The notes under the pieces were generated by a model, which saw only the letters and a list, made by a program, of their open reading frames with translations, was not told the origin of the DNA and ran no database searches. A stretch of DNA of 64,000 nucleotides from a virus (lineage: Duplodnaviria; Caudoviricetes): positions 1 through 64,000 of the IMG/VR virus record IMGVR_UViG_3300028591_000081; one strand, given 5' to 3'. The number at the start of each line of letters is the position of its first letter. Position 1 is the first letter of the stretch. The translations under genes were made by a program, and so were the position numbers. This document shows, piece by piece, positions 56,143 to 64,000 of the stretch.

Positions 56143-59100
56143 ATGGCCCCTGAAAGTCGTTCTTTGTCTGTCTTGAAGAAGACCAACACAGTCGTCCCTT
56201 TTGACGGCAACAAAATAAAGTCCGCTATCCGTAAGTCTGCTGAACGCGTCAATGTAACGCTCACGCCACAGCAGGAGGATTTCGTTGTTTCCTATGTGGA
56301 GAACCTGTGCTCTCCTGAAGAACCGGTACTGGTGAAGACGTTGCACAATTATGTGGAGTGTGCTTTGGATTCTGCAAGCCCTGAGGTGGCCAGAAGCTAC
56401 CGGGAGTATCGGAATTACAAGACGCAGTTCGTGAAGATGCTTGATCAGGTGTATCGGAAAAAGCTGGAGCTGAATGATAGTCGTGATACGTCAAATGCGA
56501 ACGCAGATTCCGAGCTTGTTACCACTCAGAAATCCATTGCGTATGCCGAGCTGAATGGAGAGCTTTACAAGAGGTTTTTCCTGACGGATGAGGAGAACAA
56601 AGCACAGGAGGATGGTTACATCTACATCCATGACAAAGGTGCTAGACTCGATACGTCAAACTGTTTTCGTCGAGACACCAGATTTATTACCAACCTCGGT
56701 GTAAAGTCATTTTACGATTTTAATGAAGGTGATACTGTTACAGTCCTTTCCCATAAGGGGGTGTGGCGAAATGCGCGTGTAGTCAAACTTCCGTGGAGTA
56801 AACTTCAACGTGTGTGGCTCAAACGTGGAAATGGAAATGAAACCTATGTGGACTGTACACCCAATCACAGATGGATTCTGAAAGACGGTTCTGTGACAAC
56901 GGAACTGAAAGTCGGAGATGCTTTGTATTATACAGTAGATCGTACTCGGCTGAAGTTCGATGATCTGTCTTTTGAGGATATGAAGCTGTGGTGTCTTGGA
57001 TTTGGGTTTGCAGATGGATCGGTGTCCGGAGGATTGAGTACAGAAGCCGACAAGCTCCGGACTACGATGAGAATTCGTCTTTGTGGCCGTAAAGTTGAGT
57101 TTGCAGACCGATTCTGTAAAGCAGGGTATAAGGTCAAAGAAATCTCAGGTACGAAAGACTTAATGGTTTACCTGAATGAGGTTCACAACAAAAGACTTCC
57201 GTACAATATGGATGAGCACAAGATTGCTGTGTTTATGAATGGTTATATGTGTGCTGATGGATGCCGTCAGTTGTCAAATGGAATCAATTCAATGTTCAGA
57301 GGTGTTCAAGTTACAGGTGAGTTCAACGATTGGATGTATGACTTCCTGAACATTGCCGGGTATTATGTTACACGAACAAAAGTGTTGGATGGTGAAGAAA
57401 CCAATTACGGTGTGAGACGCGATAGAACCATTCTTTATGGAACATTCTCAAGTTCTGGCGACAAGACTTGGAGAGTGACTAGAATCGAAGATACAACCTT
57501 GAATCCGAAAGCCTGTGTGTGGTGTCTTGACGTTGAGGAAGACCACTCGTTTATGCTTGAAAAGGGTATTCCAACAGGCAACTGTATGCTTTGCGATGTT
57601 AAGGAGATTTTCAAAGGCGGTTTTCACATGGGAACCGTACAGTACCGTGAACCTAAGACAATCGGAACGGCGATCACTCTGATGATAGACATTATCCTGA
57701 GTGCCGGGTCTTGTCAGTACGGAGGATTCACGGTCAGTGAGATCGACAAGGTTCTTGCTCCTTACGCTGAAAATTCGTACAACCGCTATTATGAGGAGTG
57801 GGAAGAGATTTCAGGCAAGTCTGATTTTGGAAAGGCGGATGCCTATGCCATGAAGAAACTTCGTAAAGAGATTGAGGATGGGGCGATTGAGTGTGAGATG
57901 CGTCTCAACAGTGCCACCACGGCAAGGGGAGATTTCATCTTCTCTTCCATTTCGTTTGGTCTGTCTGATAATCAGTTTGGGCAGTTGATCACATCCTGCT
58001 TTTTGAAAGTGCGCAGAACAGGGGCTGGTACAGCCGACGGTATCCCAGTCCTGTTCCCAAAGCTCACATTCATGTACGATGAAGCTAAGCATGGTGCGGG
58101 TAAAGGACAAGAGTGGTTATTCCTTGAAGCTGTTGAATGCACACAACGGGCACAGTATCCAGATTTCCTGTCCATGAGCGGCGATGGTTATGCCCCGTCT
58201 ATTTACAAGAAATATGGCGTTACGATCAGCCGCATGGGATGCAGGGCGAATCTCTCCCCATGGTACGAGCGTGGAGGTATGGAACCCGCCGATGAGGAAG
58301 ATCGTCCGGTTTATGAGGGACGGTTTAATATGGGAGCCATAACACTCAACTTCCCAATGATCGTCAAGAAGGCTCAGGATGAGGGAAAGGATTTCTATGA
58401 GGTTCTTACATACTACCTTGATCTTTGCCGTAAGATTCATCTTCGGACGCTGGATTACTTCGCGCATAAAAAAGCTGGGATCAACCCTCTTATCTTCTGC
58501 GAAGGCGGCGGGTACGGTGGGCATTTGAAAGAGACTGATGAGATCGGTCGTGATTTCCTCCGGCCATGTACTGTGTCCTTCGGAATCTCTGCCTTGAATG
58601 AGGCCACGATGATGTATAAAGGTAAGTCCCTGTATGAAGATAAGGCGCAGTTTGCAGAAGAAGTCTTGAAATTCGTCAATGACTATGCGAACCGTTACAA
58701 GAAAGAGGACGGGGTTCTTTACGCTGTGTACGGTACTCCGGCAGAAAGCCTGTCGTCTTTACAGGTGACGCAGTTCCGTAAGAAGTACGGCATTATCAAG
58801 GGAGTCTCGGATCGCAAGTACATGTCCAATTCGTTCCATGTCCATGTCTCAGAAGATATCACGCCGATGGAGAAGATGGATGTCGAGTACAAGTGTTTTC
58901 ATCTGTGCAACGGCGGGAACATCATATACAACCGATTTGGAACAGATTACAATACGAAAGCCTATGTCACCTTGATTCGTGAAGCGATGAAGCGCGGGTA
59001 TTACTACGGGTGCAATATCAGCAAGAATTACTGTTGCACCTGCGGTGCCGAGTTCCTAGATAATGACAAGTGTCCGAAATGCGGTAGTTCAGATCTGGTA

Positions 59101-59205
59101 CGGATTTCGAGGGTGTGCGGATACCTCGGTCTTGAGCGGGTTCATGGAGACACACGCATGAACGAAGGTAAACGTGCCGAAATCGACGACAGAAAGTGCA
59201 TGTAG
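56143..59205 (+). CDS. nrdD: Anaerobic (class III) ribonucleotide reductase with ATP cone and intein
   Basis: ATP cone, YIYIHD, MGCR, TPAESL, C-terminal Zn ribbon, RVCGYLG glycyl-radical motif. Confidence 0.95.
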   Translation: MAPESRSLSVLKKTNTVVPFDGNKIKSAIRKSAERVNVTLTPQQEDFVVSYVENLCSPEEPVLVKTLHNYVECALDSASPEVARSYREYRNYKTQFVKMLDQVYRKKLELNDSRDTSNANADSELVTTQKSIAYAELNGELYKRFFLTDEENKAQEDGYIYIHDKGARLDTSNCFRRDTRFITNLGVKSFYDFNEGDTVTVLSHKGVWRNARVVKLPWSKLQRVWLKRGNGNETYVDCTPNHRWILKDGSVTTELKVGDALYYTVDRTRLKFDDLSFEDMKLWCLGFGFADGSVSGGLSTEADKLRTTMRIRLCGRKVEFADRFCKAGYKVKEISGTKDLMVYLNEVHNKRLPYNMDEHKIAVFMNGYMCADGCRQLSNGINSMFRGVQVTGEFNDWMYDFLNIAGYYVTRTKVLDGEETNYGVRRDRTILYGTFSSSGDKTWRVTRIEDTTLNPKACVWCLDVEEDHSFMLEKGIPTGNCMLCDVKEIFKGGFHMGTVQYREPKTIGTAITLMIDIILSAGSCQYGGFTVSEIDKVLAPYAENSYNRYYEEWEEISGKSDFGKADAYAMKKLRKEIEDGAIECEMRLNSATTARGDFIFSSISFGLSDNQFGQLITSCFLKVRRTGAGTADGIPVLFPKLTFMYDEAKHGAGKGQEWLFLEAVECTQRAQYPDFLSMSGDGYAPSIYKKYGVTISRMGCRANLSPWYERGGMEPADEEDRPVYEGRFNMGAITLNFPMIVKKAQDEGKDFYEVLTYYLDLCRKIHLRTLDYFAHKKAGINPLIFCEGGGYGGHLKETDEIGRDFLRPCTVSFGISALNEATMMYKGKSLYEDKAQFAEEVLKFVNDYANRYKKEDGVLYAVYGTPAESLSSLQVTQFRKKYGIIKGVSDRKYMSNSFHVHVSEDITPMEKMDVEYKCFHLCNGGNIIYNRFGTDYNTKAYVTLIREAMKRGYYYGCNISKNYCCTCGAEFLDNDKCPKCGSSDLVRISRVCGYLGLERVHGDTRMNEGKRAEIDDRKCM
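56662..57582 (+). mobile_element. Intein (307 aa) with LAGLIDADG-type endonuclease in NrdD
   Basis: N|CFRRDT start, block B TPNHRW, LGFGFADG and FMNGYMCADG, VWCLDVEEDHSF, GIPTGN|C end. Confidence 0.9.
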
Positions 59206-59263
59206 ACTTGTAACCTGTGAGCAAGGCATGGTTTGTGTCTTGCTCTGTTCATGGAGATAGAAT

Positions 59264-60145
59264 ATGAATTACTCAGGGATAAAATACTGTGACATGATGA
59301 ACGGCGATGGTCTTCGCACCGTACTGTTTGTAAGTGGGTGTTCGCACAAATGCCCTTCATGTCACAATCCTCAAACGCATGATCCATGTTACGGTCAGCA
59401 GTTTACCATCGGAACCATGCAGGATATTATGGATTCACTAAGTCTTGAATTCTGTTCAGGACTGACCTTGTCCGGAGGCGACCCTTTATATCCTGACAAT
59501 CGTGAGGAGGTGAGGCATATCGTTGAAACCGTCAAAGGTGAGTTCGGAAATGAAAAGACAATCTGGCTGTACACAGGCTATACGTATGGAGAACTTAAAA
59601 AGCAGATCGAGGACGGAGATGTGACACTTCGGCGTATTCTTGATTGCGTTGATGTGCTTGTTGACGGTCCGTTCGTTCTGTCAAGAAAACGCACAGGACT
59701 TCACTGGCGCGGTTCAGACAATCAGAACATGCTTCGTTTAGAGCATGGTAAAGTTGCTTACATTGTTGAACAGTGGAAAGAATGTAAAGACAGTGTTGAG
59801 TATAGCTATGATTCTGATGTGATGTCACGCAGACATTATGAGCTTCGTATTGATGATGTTGAGTGCCTTCGCCTGTCTAACAAATCGGTACGTATGATCC
59901 TCCAAGACAATAACAGGCTCAAGCTGACTGCTCGGTTTTTTGCTTCAGATGATGTTGTGAACTTCCTCCCATCCTTCGAGACGGGCAAAGACCATCGTAT
60001 TGTTGTCACGCAGTTCGCGGATGACGGTTCTTGGAACTATAACGTAGTTGACGGTATTTTTGTCTGTAAGTCTTCACGTATGGTTAGTGTTCAAGAAGGA
60101 GACACTACTCAGGATGAGCTGGTGCTTGAGTTTGTTCAGGCGTGA
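59264..60145 (+). CDS. nrdG: Anaerobic RNR activating enzyme with ~125-aa C-terminal extension
   Basis: NG.GLR..LFVSGCSHKCPSCHN, LSGGDP, DVLVDGPF, RGSDNQ. Confidence 0.9.
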   Translation: MNYSGIKYCDMMNGDGLRTVLFVSGCSHKCPSCHNPQTHDPCYGQQFTIGTMQDIMDSLSLEFCSGLTLSGGDPLYPDNREEVRHIVETVKGEFGNEKTIWLYTGYTYGELKKQIEDGDVTLRRILDCVDVLVDGPFVLSRKRTGLHWRGSDNQNMLRLEHGKVAYIVEQWKECKDSVEYSYDSDVMSRRHYELRIDDVECLRLSNKSVRMILQDNNRLKLTARFFASDDVVNFLPSFETGKDHRIVVTQFADDGSWNYNVVDGIFVCKSSRMVSVQEGDTTQDELVLEFVQA

Positions 60146-60159
60146 GAGCCTGACAAAGT

Positions 60160-60201
60160 TGTGGTGCTGTTCTGAATTCTGTATTTGTTTTGTGTTATCG
60201 T
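60160..60201 (+). promoter_or_regulatory. Box promoter (before the FNT operon)
   Basis: TGTGGTGCTGTT-N19-TGTGTTATCGT. Confidence 0.7.
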
Positions 60202-60273
60202 TTCCGTGTCATGGGGAGCACACATGAGTGCTCCCTTTGCAGGGTTGACCAGAATTCAGAACAGGAGCAGTTT

Positions 60274-60555
60274 ATGAGGGATGTTCGGATAACACGTTTT
60301 GAACACAGAAACCAAATCAGCGGCGTGTTCCAGTTTAAGGGTCACTGGTATTTGGCCGACCTTATCGAACTTCAATACGGACTGGATCTTTATGACTCAC
60401 CTTACGAATTCATGGTTTTTAAGGCTGATGAACAAGGAGAGGTCACTGACTGGTCAGGGGAATTCGTACTCAGACCTGACGGTGTTTCCGAGGAAGTCCT
60501 GATGGAATGTATTGAAGATTTCTGTCAGCATTATGAAGGGAGAAGTGATGAATAA
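60274..60555 (+). CDS. Hypothetical protein
   Basis: RBS AGGAG; E.MVF.....G.VTDW motif. Confidence 0.6.
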   Translation: MRDVRITRFEHRNQISGVFQFKGHWYLADLIELQYGLDLYDSPYEFMVFKADEQGEVTDWSGEFVLRPDGVSEEVLMECIEDFCQHYEGRSDE

Positions 60556-61138
60556 GGAAGTATTGGTTCGTGCGCTACGCAAATTTGAACAGCAGAATGA
60601 GTCTTTGAAAAAGACGGTGTCGGCTCTTCAGTCTGAAGCTGACGCACGGGATTACTTGGTCACTCAAATTCTGTTGGGTTTGAATGTTCCAAAGTATCGA
60701 AAGTCTCAGGATGAAAAGGAATTTGAGGAGCTTTCAAAAACGAATCTGTGGTATGTGGCCGGGTTAGGTTTCTTTATACGCTTTGTTGTATTTGGTTATG
60801 GAGACATCCTTGAAGACCCTTTTGAGTTGAATGTTTCACACGTTGACTGGTCCAACAGACGTTTGAGGTTTTCAAGCTGTGTTGGTGATGATGTGACGAA
60901 TGAATTGAAAAGATGGGAAAGTTGTTTTCATTTCAAGAAGAGAGACGGCGATCCTTCGGCCCCGTGGGCTATTTTGTACACCAATGGTGCGGTGAAAAAA
61001 CGGTTTAAGCTGTTTAATCTTCTTCCTCAAGGGTGTTTTTCCTTCAGTCAAGGATCCTTTGGAACCGGTGTTGCGGACGGAATTTTCTCGTTTCAGACCT
61101 CAATAGAACAGCCCGTAAGATTGGAGAACAGTTTATGA
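60548..61138 (+). CDS. Hypothetical protein
   Basis: ORF overlapping the upstream stop. Confidence 0.55.
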   Translation: MNKEVLVRALRKFEQQNESLKKTVSALQSEADARDYLVTQILLGLNVPKYRKSQDEKEFEELSKTNLWYVAGLGFFIRFVVFGYGDILEDPFELNVSHVDWSNRRLRFSSCVGDDVTNELKRWESCFHFKKRDGDPSAPWAILYTNGAVKKRFKLFNLLPQGCFSFSQGSFGTGVADGIFSFQTSIEQPVRLENSL

Positions 61139-61225
61139 AACACTCTGGCTTAAAGTGGGAGTTTCACGTATGACGCTAGGACGACTCAAAGTGTGTTCTA
61201 GCCTGTCGTTGGGTCTTCTTGAGAA

Positions 61226-61714
61226 ATGAACACCGTCATCGTTTCCGCCATGTTCTGTTGTGGCAAGACTTATCTGTGTCACAACCAGACAAAGTACTCG
61301 GTGCTTGACTTGGAAGACAGGTTCTTCGGGTCTGGCATGTGTACCCCTGCGCAAAAGGAATGGATCCTTCGGAAGTCGTACTGCCAAAAACTTCGATCCT
61401 GTCTTGGGCAGTACGACTTCATTTTTGTGGCCATGTATCAACCGGTATTGTTCTACCTTGCAAAACATGACATTCCGTATGTTTTGGTTTGCCCAGAGGA
61501 TACAACGGAGTGTTTTGAGGAGTGGGGTAGGAGAAACGTAGCGCGTGGTACAACGGCTCTTTGGGAGAGCTGTCAGGAACGTTGGTCTGAGTCCATAAGA
61601 CTGTCCATGAGTGACCATTATGCAAAGAAGGTCTATCTTTTGAAAAAAGATCAATACCTGTCGGATGTTATCGACCGTATTAGAGAGGAGTGGGGATGTT
61701 TGGTAAATCCGTGA
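61226..61714 (+). CDS. P-loop nucleotide-kinase-like protein
   Basis: IVSAMFCCGKT followed by VLDLE. Confidence 0.6.
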   Translation: MNTVIVSAMFCCGKTYLCHNQTKYSVLDLEDRFFGSGMCTPAQKEWILRKSYCQKLRSCLGQYDFIFVAMYQPVLFYLAKHDIPYVLVCPEDTTECFEEWGRRNVARGTTALWESCQERWSESIRLSMSDHYAKKVYLLKKDQYLSDVIDRIREEWGCLVNP

Positions 61715-62304
61715 TCGCAGGGATGTTTATTTCCCTTGGATGTATGGTCAATTTGAAAGTCGGTGGGTACCTCGGTGCCTTCTTGTTCTCTTTTGGTCTT
61801 TTGTCGGTGGTGTTGTACGCCGTCCCTTTGTACACAGGACGCGCTGGGTTTTGTTCTACTGCGGAAGACCTCAAGCATCTTCCGTTGGTGCTTCTTGGAA
61901 ACGTTGTCGGTACGACGATCTTGGCAGGGTGTGCACATGGATGTTTCCCAGATATGGTGGAGGCGGCCCAGAAGATCATTCAGGCTCGTATGACTTCTCC
62001 CCTTTACGCAGGATTCTTTGCCTCGGTATTGTGCGGTTTCGTAATGACCACCATCGTTCAGTTCGCTCGAAAACAGCCGGAGGGCGGTGAACCCAGAAAC
62101 TTCCTGATCCTGATTCTTGGAATACCTCTGTTCATTCTGTCAGGCTACTGGCACAGCATCGCCGACGCTTTCTATTATGGCGTCGCTGGCCGGTTCGACA
62201 TCTCCATGTTGTGGTTATATCCTATGACCGTTGTGGGCAACTACCTAGGATGCAATGCTTACAATCTGTTGGTGCACCGTTCTGTGTTCTACCACAAGGT
62301 TTAG
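61696..62304 (+). CDS. Formate/nitrite transporter (FNT family channel)
   Basis: AG.FI..G, LFS.GL......LYTG, LLGN.VG, LCG, FILSGYWHSIAD, VGN.LG; about six hydrophobic helices. Confidence 0.85.
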   Translation: MFGKSVIAGMFISLGCMVNLKVGGYLGAFLFSFGLLSVVLYAVPLYTGRAGFCSTAEDLKHLPLVLLGNVVGTTILAGCAHGCFPDMVEAAQKIIQARMTSPLYAGFFASVLCGFVMTTIVQFARKQPEGGEPRNFLILILGIPLFILSGYWHSIADAFYYGVAGRFDISMLWLYPMTVVGNYLGCNAYNLLVHRSVFYHKV

Positions 62305-62307
62305 GAC

Positions 62308-62349
62308 TGTGGTGCTGACGGCGTGACTGGGGTTTTCTCGTGGTATAAG
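62308..62349 (+). promoter_or_regulatory. Box promoter
   Basis: TGTGGTGCTGAC-N19-CGTGGTATAAG. Confidence 0.7.
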
Positions 62350-62423
62350 GGTGTTTGGACGCTTCGACGGAGAGCGTTGTTATAGAACGGAAAGCACCAG
62401 TAACTGAGTGAGGTGGGGAGAGT

Positions 62424-62918
62424 ATGCGAAAACGTGAGTATTTTGAGAGTACTGAAGAATATGTGAGATATTTGGAACGTCGTGTAGAACTTCTGGAATT
62501 ACGATTGAAGAAATGTCGCAAATACAGTGATTTATTCGACAGCCGCCGTTCTGTGAATGAGCGTTCAAATGCCTTTGAAATGGCGACTTTGAGAAAAGCT
62601 CGCTCTGGCTTACCAGTAAATCTCTACCTTGACGATAGTGGCTCTTATCTTGATGGCGGTCATGGCCCTAGAATAAAATTTCAACCTGACAAGGGGAACA
62701 GTCCGAACACTCGTTCTATGATACCGATGACAATTTCGGATGAGCCTACGATTCCCCTAAGAAATTATCAGTCGCGTTTAGATGGTGTTGGAAGTAATGA
62801 CATCTCTTTGATTATGTCGTTCGTTATTGCAAACAAAGCGAATCTTCTCAGATTATGTGACCGTAATGATGAATATGATATCTCAAACTTTTTAGAGGAT
62901 ATGGTTAAAGTCTCATAA
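62424..62918 (+). CDS. Hypothetical protein (DUF4160-like C-terminal part)
   Basis: EMATL...GLPVNLYLD...HGPRIKF. Confidence 0.55.
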   Translation: MRKREYFESTEEYVRYLERRVELLELRLKKCRKYSDLFDSRRSVNERSNAFEMATLRKARSGLPVNLYLDDSGSYLDGGHGPRIKFQPDKGNSPNTRSMIPMTISDEPTIPLRNYQSRLDGVGSNDISLIMSFVIANKANLLRLCDRNDEYDISNFLEDMVKVS

Positions 62919-62982
62919 TTCCGTTAAGGACTTTGTGTATACCTTGGGTAGAGCAATCCCGCTCATGGCTGTGGAGGTATAT

Positions 62983-63438
62983 ATGGACGGGTTATTTGAG
63001 AGATTGGTAGAGGTTCTGGAGAGTTTAGACGCGCATGTGGTGAGCCTGACTGAGGCCACTAAAAAATTGTCCGCGATACAGGCCACGGGCAGGCGGCCCC
63101 GCGTTGTTACAGATGATGTCGAGCAGATGGAGACCGATTTCGAGCAGATTTTCGATGAGCTGTACGATGTGGATCCTAACGGCGAGGTGACGCGAGGGGA
63201 TATCCTCAAGCACTTCGGCGACTGTGAAAACGATGAGGTGTCATCGCTGATCGAGCGATACGACCTAACAAATTGCCGGTCTAAAGGGTATCGAGCATTC
63301 ATTGACCACCTTCGCTCTAAGGCGCGTCGAGAACGACACGCCAACGGCACGACAATTTTGGTCGGACTGTCGCTTCGCTTTTCCACTGGAGATCTCAAGG
63401 AAGGCGGAAGGTCGTCGGATACCTTGAGTCTTTCATAA
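62983..63438 (+). CDS. Hypothetical protein
   Basis: RBS GGAGGT before ATG 62983. Confidence 0.6.
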   Translation: MDGLFERLVEVLESLDAHVVSLTEATKKLSAIQATGRRPRVVTDDVEQMETDFEQIFDELYDVDPNGEVTRGDILKHFGDCENDEVSSLIERYDLTNCRSKGYRAFIDHLRSKARRERHANGTTILVGLSLRFSTGDLKEGGRSSDTLSLS

Positions 63439-63462
63439 CGCCCAAACTTTATGGAGGAGATT

Positions 63463-64000
63463 ATGTGTAGATGTAGGAACGTTGATGTGGTGAAGGAACG
63501 CATTCGGAGATTGGACAAAAAGGTAAGGAGACTTGAGGAGTACGTCCATTATTTAGCTCTAAAGGACACGACCCTTGAAGATGTTCTGTTCAAAATGACG
63601 CAGGTGTTTCGGAAGGAGTACCACAAGGCCATAAGCATTGGTCAAGATCGAGTAATTCCACTCAAGGAGATGTCTGAACTGATTCAGAGGGACTTTGGAG
63701 TCTATTACCCTACGACAATTCTTCGGAAGGCTCTCAAATGTGATTCCAGAGGGTTGCTTGGAGTGACTTGTTGTAAGGCATCTAGTTCTTCCTTAGAGCG
63801 TGAGGATTTCAAGAAAAAGTATCGTGATTCCTATGTACTCCACCACCCAGACCGTCGATTTTATTGGAGTGATGGCAGGTTACTGTGGTGGCCACATCGG
63901 AAGGTTGGGGATCCAGAAATACCTGATGGATATGCCATCTCCACAGATAATATGCAAAGTTTCATGGCTCGCAAATTGAAGTTGCCGGTATCCCTCTTTA
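63463..64000 (+). CDS. Hypothetical protein, runs off the right edge of the window
   Basis: RBS GGAGGAG; MCRCRNVDVVKERIRRL... open to the window end. Confidence 0.6.
   Translation, partial: MCRCRNVDVVKERIRRLDKKVRRLEEYVHYLALKDTTLEDVLFKMTQVFRKEYHKAISIGQDRVIPLKEMSELIQRDFGVYYPTTILRKALKCDSRGLLGVTCCKASSSSLEREDFKKKYRDSYVLHHPDRRFYWSDGRLLWWPHRKVGDPEIPDGYAISTDNMQSFMARKLKLPVSLF

Noticed and set aside
1-64000. Genome-wide TAG reassignment (code 15)
   Set aside because: Conserved genes (nrdD, the NPPF MTase, dnaX, terL) end at TAG at expected lengths and long genes are intact under the standard code
1-64000. tRNA or rRNA genes
   Set aside because: No cloverleaf with T-loop and CCA spotted in intergenic gaps by eye; tRNAscan-SE would be definitive

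Overview
64 kb internal segment of a large tailed-phage genome (standard genetic code). The class III RNR and formate channel suggest an anaerobic host. From 1 to about 48 kb genes are almost all on the minus strand: virion/tail proteins including a >1100-aa ORF missing from the ORF track and a 2107-aa tail fibre with its chaperone; a bacterial-type replisome (DnaX clamp loader, probable beta clamp, primase, SSB); split SbcCD; RecD-like helicase, ligase, RuvC and RecA; two orphan methyltransferases; nucleotide enzymes; and a solo TnpB element. A 1.4 kb non-coding, repeat-rich strand-switch region (48.1-49.5 kb) is a likely origin and contains two convergent perfect sigma-54 motifs around a 22-bp palindrome. 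After 49.5 kb genes are mostly on the plus strand: terminase, ThyX, intein-containing NrdD, NrdG with an extra C-terminal domain, and a formate/nitrite channel. Most notable: (1) a ~570-nt highly structured non-coding RNA at 17.05-17.62 kb with its own promoter and terminator; (2) a 13-copy phage-specific promoter (TGGTGCTG box - 19/20 nt - extended -10) with a Mor-like activator and a sigma-like gene as candidate readers; (3) the sigma-54/palindrome element; (4) a formate channel near a formate-type RNR. All calls come from reading motifs by eye; no database searches were run.
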